Below the pieces are notes generated by a model. The model searched no databases, was not told the origin of the DNA, and saw nothing but the letters and a program-made list of their open reading frames with translations. Both the position numbers and the translations under genes were made by a program. A stretch of 62,573 nucleotides of DNA, counting the filler, from Dimorphilus gyrociliatus (lineage: Eukaryota > Animalia > Annelida), in NCBI GenBank assembly GCA_904063045.1. It is 3 parts of 3 records of this genome, joined end to end, with 100 filler letters (N's around TTAATTAATTAA, not from the genome) between each part and the next. Parts side by side here need not be neighbours in the genome. Positions count along the whole stretch, not along the records: positions 45,337 to 62,573 come from CAJFCJ010000098.1; 2 more parts are not named here. One strand, given 5' to 3'. Positions within the stretch are counted from its first letter, which is position 1. The number at the start of each line of letters is the position of its first letter. Positions 60,738 to 62,573 of the stretch are shown here, piece by piece.

Positions 60738-62573
60738 TCAAGAGTATAATTTCCTTCTGATTGATTGTGCTGCTGCTGTTTGGAACTTGCATCCTTTCCT
60801 TGTATAATAGATAAATGTCTTCTTGCCAGAATGTATGGCATATTGGTTTTGTTCTGCATCCAAAGGATTTTTCTTGATCTTGAAGAGATGCTGAGTTTGG
60901 TCACATGTACCATATCTTATGTCTTCTTTTGTGATGTGGTAAGCATGATGAAGTATTGGATCAATTGAGAATAGGAGATCTTTATATTTGATCAGAAATT
61001 CTTTTGAACATAATCCATTTTTTGTTATAATTGTTGTGTCACAAACTACTTGAACAGTTTTTAATTCTGTACATGTATTGAGGGTTGTTAGATCTCCTAA
61101 CCATGTACTATGGGTTCCATGTTTAGATCCAAGTATTGTTGGTAGTTGAGGTGATAGTGGTGTAAGTAGGGCTATCATCTTGTTTCTCATGATAAATTCT
61201 TTGCATAAAAGTTGTGAAACTTGTTTAAAAACTGTTTGTAAATTTTGAAAATTTTTGTCAATATTGTTTAACAGTGCAGCTGTTCTTATAGCATCTTTTA
61301 TATTTATTTGGTGTGATTCTGGAATCTCTATGCTTTCTAATTGTTTCCTCTTCCATTTGTGATTTATTGGTTTTCTTTGTAAAAGTGTATATTTTCCATT
61401 TTCTGTATGAATTTGAAATTGTGTATCTTTTGGGCTTTGATACCAAATGTTCATGTTTGGGAGTGGGTTGAAAGTAACTGGTTTTTTGTCCAATTGAAAC
61501 TCTTGTGATCTTACTAGTCTGGCAGGTTTTAGCTTTGTTGTTTTCAGCATTTTTAGAATGTATTTGTTGTTAATATCCCAGATGTCTGGAGAAATAATTT
61601 CTTTGACAAACCAAGTCCTCACTAATGGTGTTGCATGATTTTTTATCAGCATATGGTAGGTTTTGTCACCATCTCTATACCAATCATTATATGTTAAAAT
61701 ATCTTGTATTTCTGTGACATTGGCCTTTCTTAGTGATGATTTCTTTCCAATATATTTCTCCAATCTAGTAACTTCTTTATTTGAAATGATCTTGTATTTT
61801 GTATCCTCTATTATTTTATTGTCAGCATAATTGGAATTTGTAAGATCAGTTCTAAGTAAGTCATATTCTTTCTGGGGTACCAATACTCTGGTACCAGGAC
61901 CACCATATCCTTTGATATATCTGTCTTGGTAAGGTAAATCCATTATTGCATAGTTGGGGCAGGAAAAATATCCTCCAAGTTTTACACATTCCACATTATG
62001 GGAAACTATTTTCCATGGTGAAACATGGCCTGAAAGACTTTGACCTTTTTCTGGATTAATTATAATAATTGAATACAAAGTTCTACAAAATTTTTGTTTA
62101 ATAGAACAGTCTTCTAAATATTCCAAATTTGTGGTTATTTTATCTTGACTTGGATTCCAATAAGCCTTGCCAATTTGAAGGATTGTTGTAAATTCTTCCA
62201 CCACTGTGGTTCTTGGCCATTTGTAATTTGGTCCTTTGTTTTCATTATACATAAGAAGTTTGCCTTTTTCAATTAGGTTTTGTCCATTTAAGGTTTTGTG
62301 TGTGTATAGCATTGTTCTGCATTGTTTTTCACTTAAGGCAAGTGTTTGTTTTTCAATTCTGTATTTCTTTGCTCCAAAAAAGTAATGAGTGTAGAAATTG
62401 ATTCTTCTTTTCACTAAACACTTGAGAGCTTGAATTGCCAAATTGTCAGCTTTAATTTCATAGATGTTAGCTACAATTTTGATCATTTGTTTAGTTTCAA
62501 AGGTACATACTGGTTCATCTGCTAAATCGAATGATTGGTGTACTTGTTGTCCTTGACAAAACTGTACTGATGG
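60738..62573 (-). CDS. env: Envelope-like class III (gB-type) fusion glycoprotein; open to the window edge; TM anchor in a shifted frame at 60750-60706
   Basis: QFC..DEPVC; ALKC..HYFFGAK..QC..YKWP..DC..FC; LLCK..LSPQL..LGDLTTLNTC..GLC..TC. Alternate frame gives IILLIGIGFFIYFIW-KKKLKR. Confidence 0.75.
   Translation of the reverse strand, partial: PSVQFCQGQQVHQSFDLADEPVCTFETKQMIKIVANIYEIKADNLAIQALKCLVKRRINFYTHYFFGAKKYRIEKQTLALSEKQCRTMLYTHKTLNGQNLIEKGKLLMYNENKGPNYKWPRTTVVEEFTTILQIGKAYWNPSQDKITTNLEYLEDCSIKQKFCRTLYSIIIINPEKGQSLSGHVSPWKIVSHNVECVKLGGYFSCPNYAIMDLPYQDRYIKGYGGPGTRVLVPQKEYDLLRTDLTNSNYADNKIIEDTKYKIISNKEVTRLEKYIGKKSSLRKANVTEIQDILTYNDWYRDGDKTYHMLIKNHATPLVRTWFVKEIISPDIWDINNKYILKMLKTTKLKPARLVRSQEFQLDKKPVTFNPLPNMNIWYQSPKDTQFQIHTENGKYTLLQRKPINHKWKRKQLESIEIPESHQINIKDAIRTAALLNNIDKNFQNLQTVFKQVSQLLCKEFIMRNKMIALLTPLSPQLPTILGSKHGTHSTWLGDLTTLNTCTELKTVQVVCDTTIITKNGLCSKEFLIKYKDLLFSIDPILHHAYHITKEDIRYGTCDQTQHLFKIKKNPLDAEQNQYAIHSGKKTFIYYTRKGCKFQTAAAQSIRRKLYS

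Overview
Very AT-rich eukaryotic (animal) scaffold with tiny GT-AG introns (55-70 nt). The gene content (hillarin-like, NLR, Ly6, SRCR, LGR-type GPCR) suggests a compact-genome invertebrate, possibly an annelid or other lophotrochozoan (inference). Two 100-bp gaps carry a synthetic TTAATTAATTAA linker. Host genes, reconstructed by hand across introns, are: a NACHT-LRR receptor with a 171-bp LRR array, a PAN-domain secreted protein, a RING protein, the 3' end of an LGR-like GPCR, an ITIH-C-like protein, an SRCR-like gene, a complete hillarin/KY-like gene and a complete Ly6/uPAR gene that the ORF track missed. They sit in a dense transposon graveyard: about 18 LTR copies or fragments from at least four related Ty3/gypsy families, two gag-pol elements, MULE remnants and their telomere-repeat-bearing MITEs, and Tc1/mariner remnants. 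The best candidate for an undescribed system is one Ty3/gypsy family (gag-pol at 22.8-27.9 kb; env plus matching LTR at 60.2-62.6 kb). It appears to combine four features: (i) a class III, herpes-gB-like envelope gene; (ii) a five-fold tandem phospho-SIM-like acidic array between protease and RT; (iii) a Gag N-terminus encoded inside the LTR and read through the tRNA-Ser PBS; and (iv) a PxIxIT-type (calcineurin-docking-like) PTITIQ motif also kept in a divergent sister element. Domain calls are by eye from motifs, identities are approximate hand counts, and the functional ideas are hypotheses.
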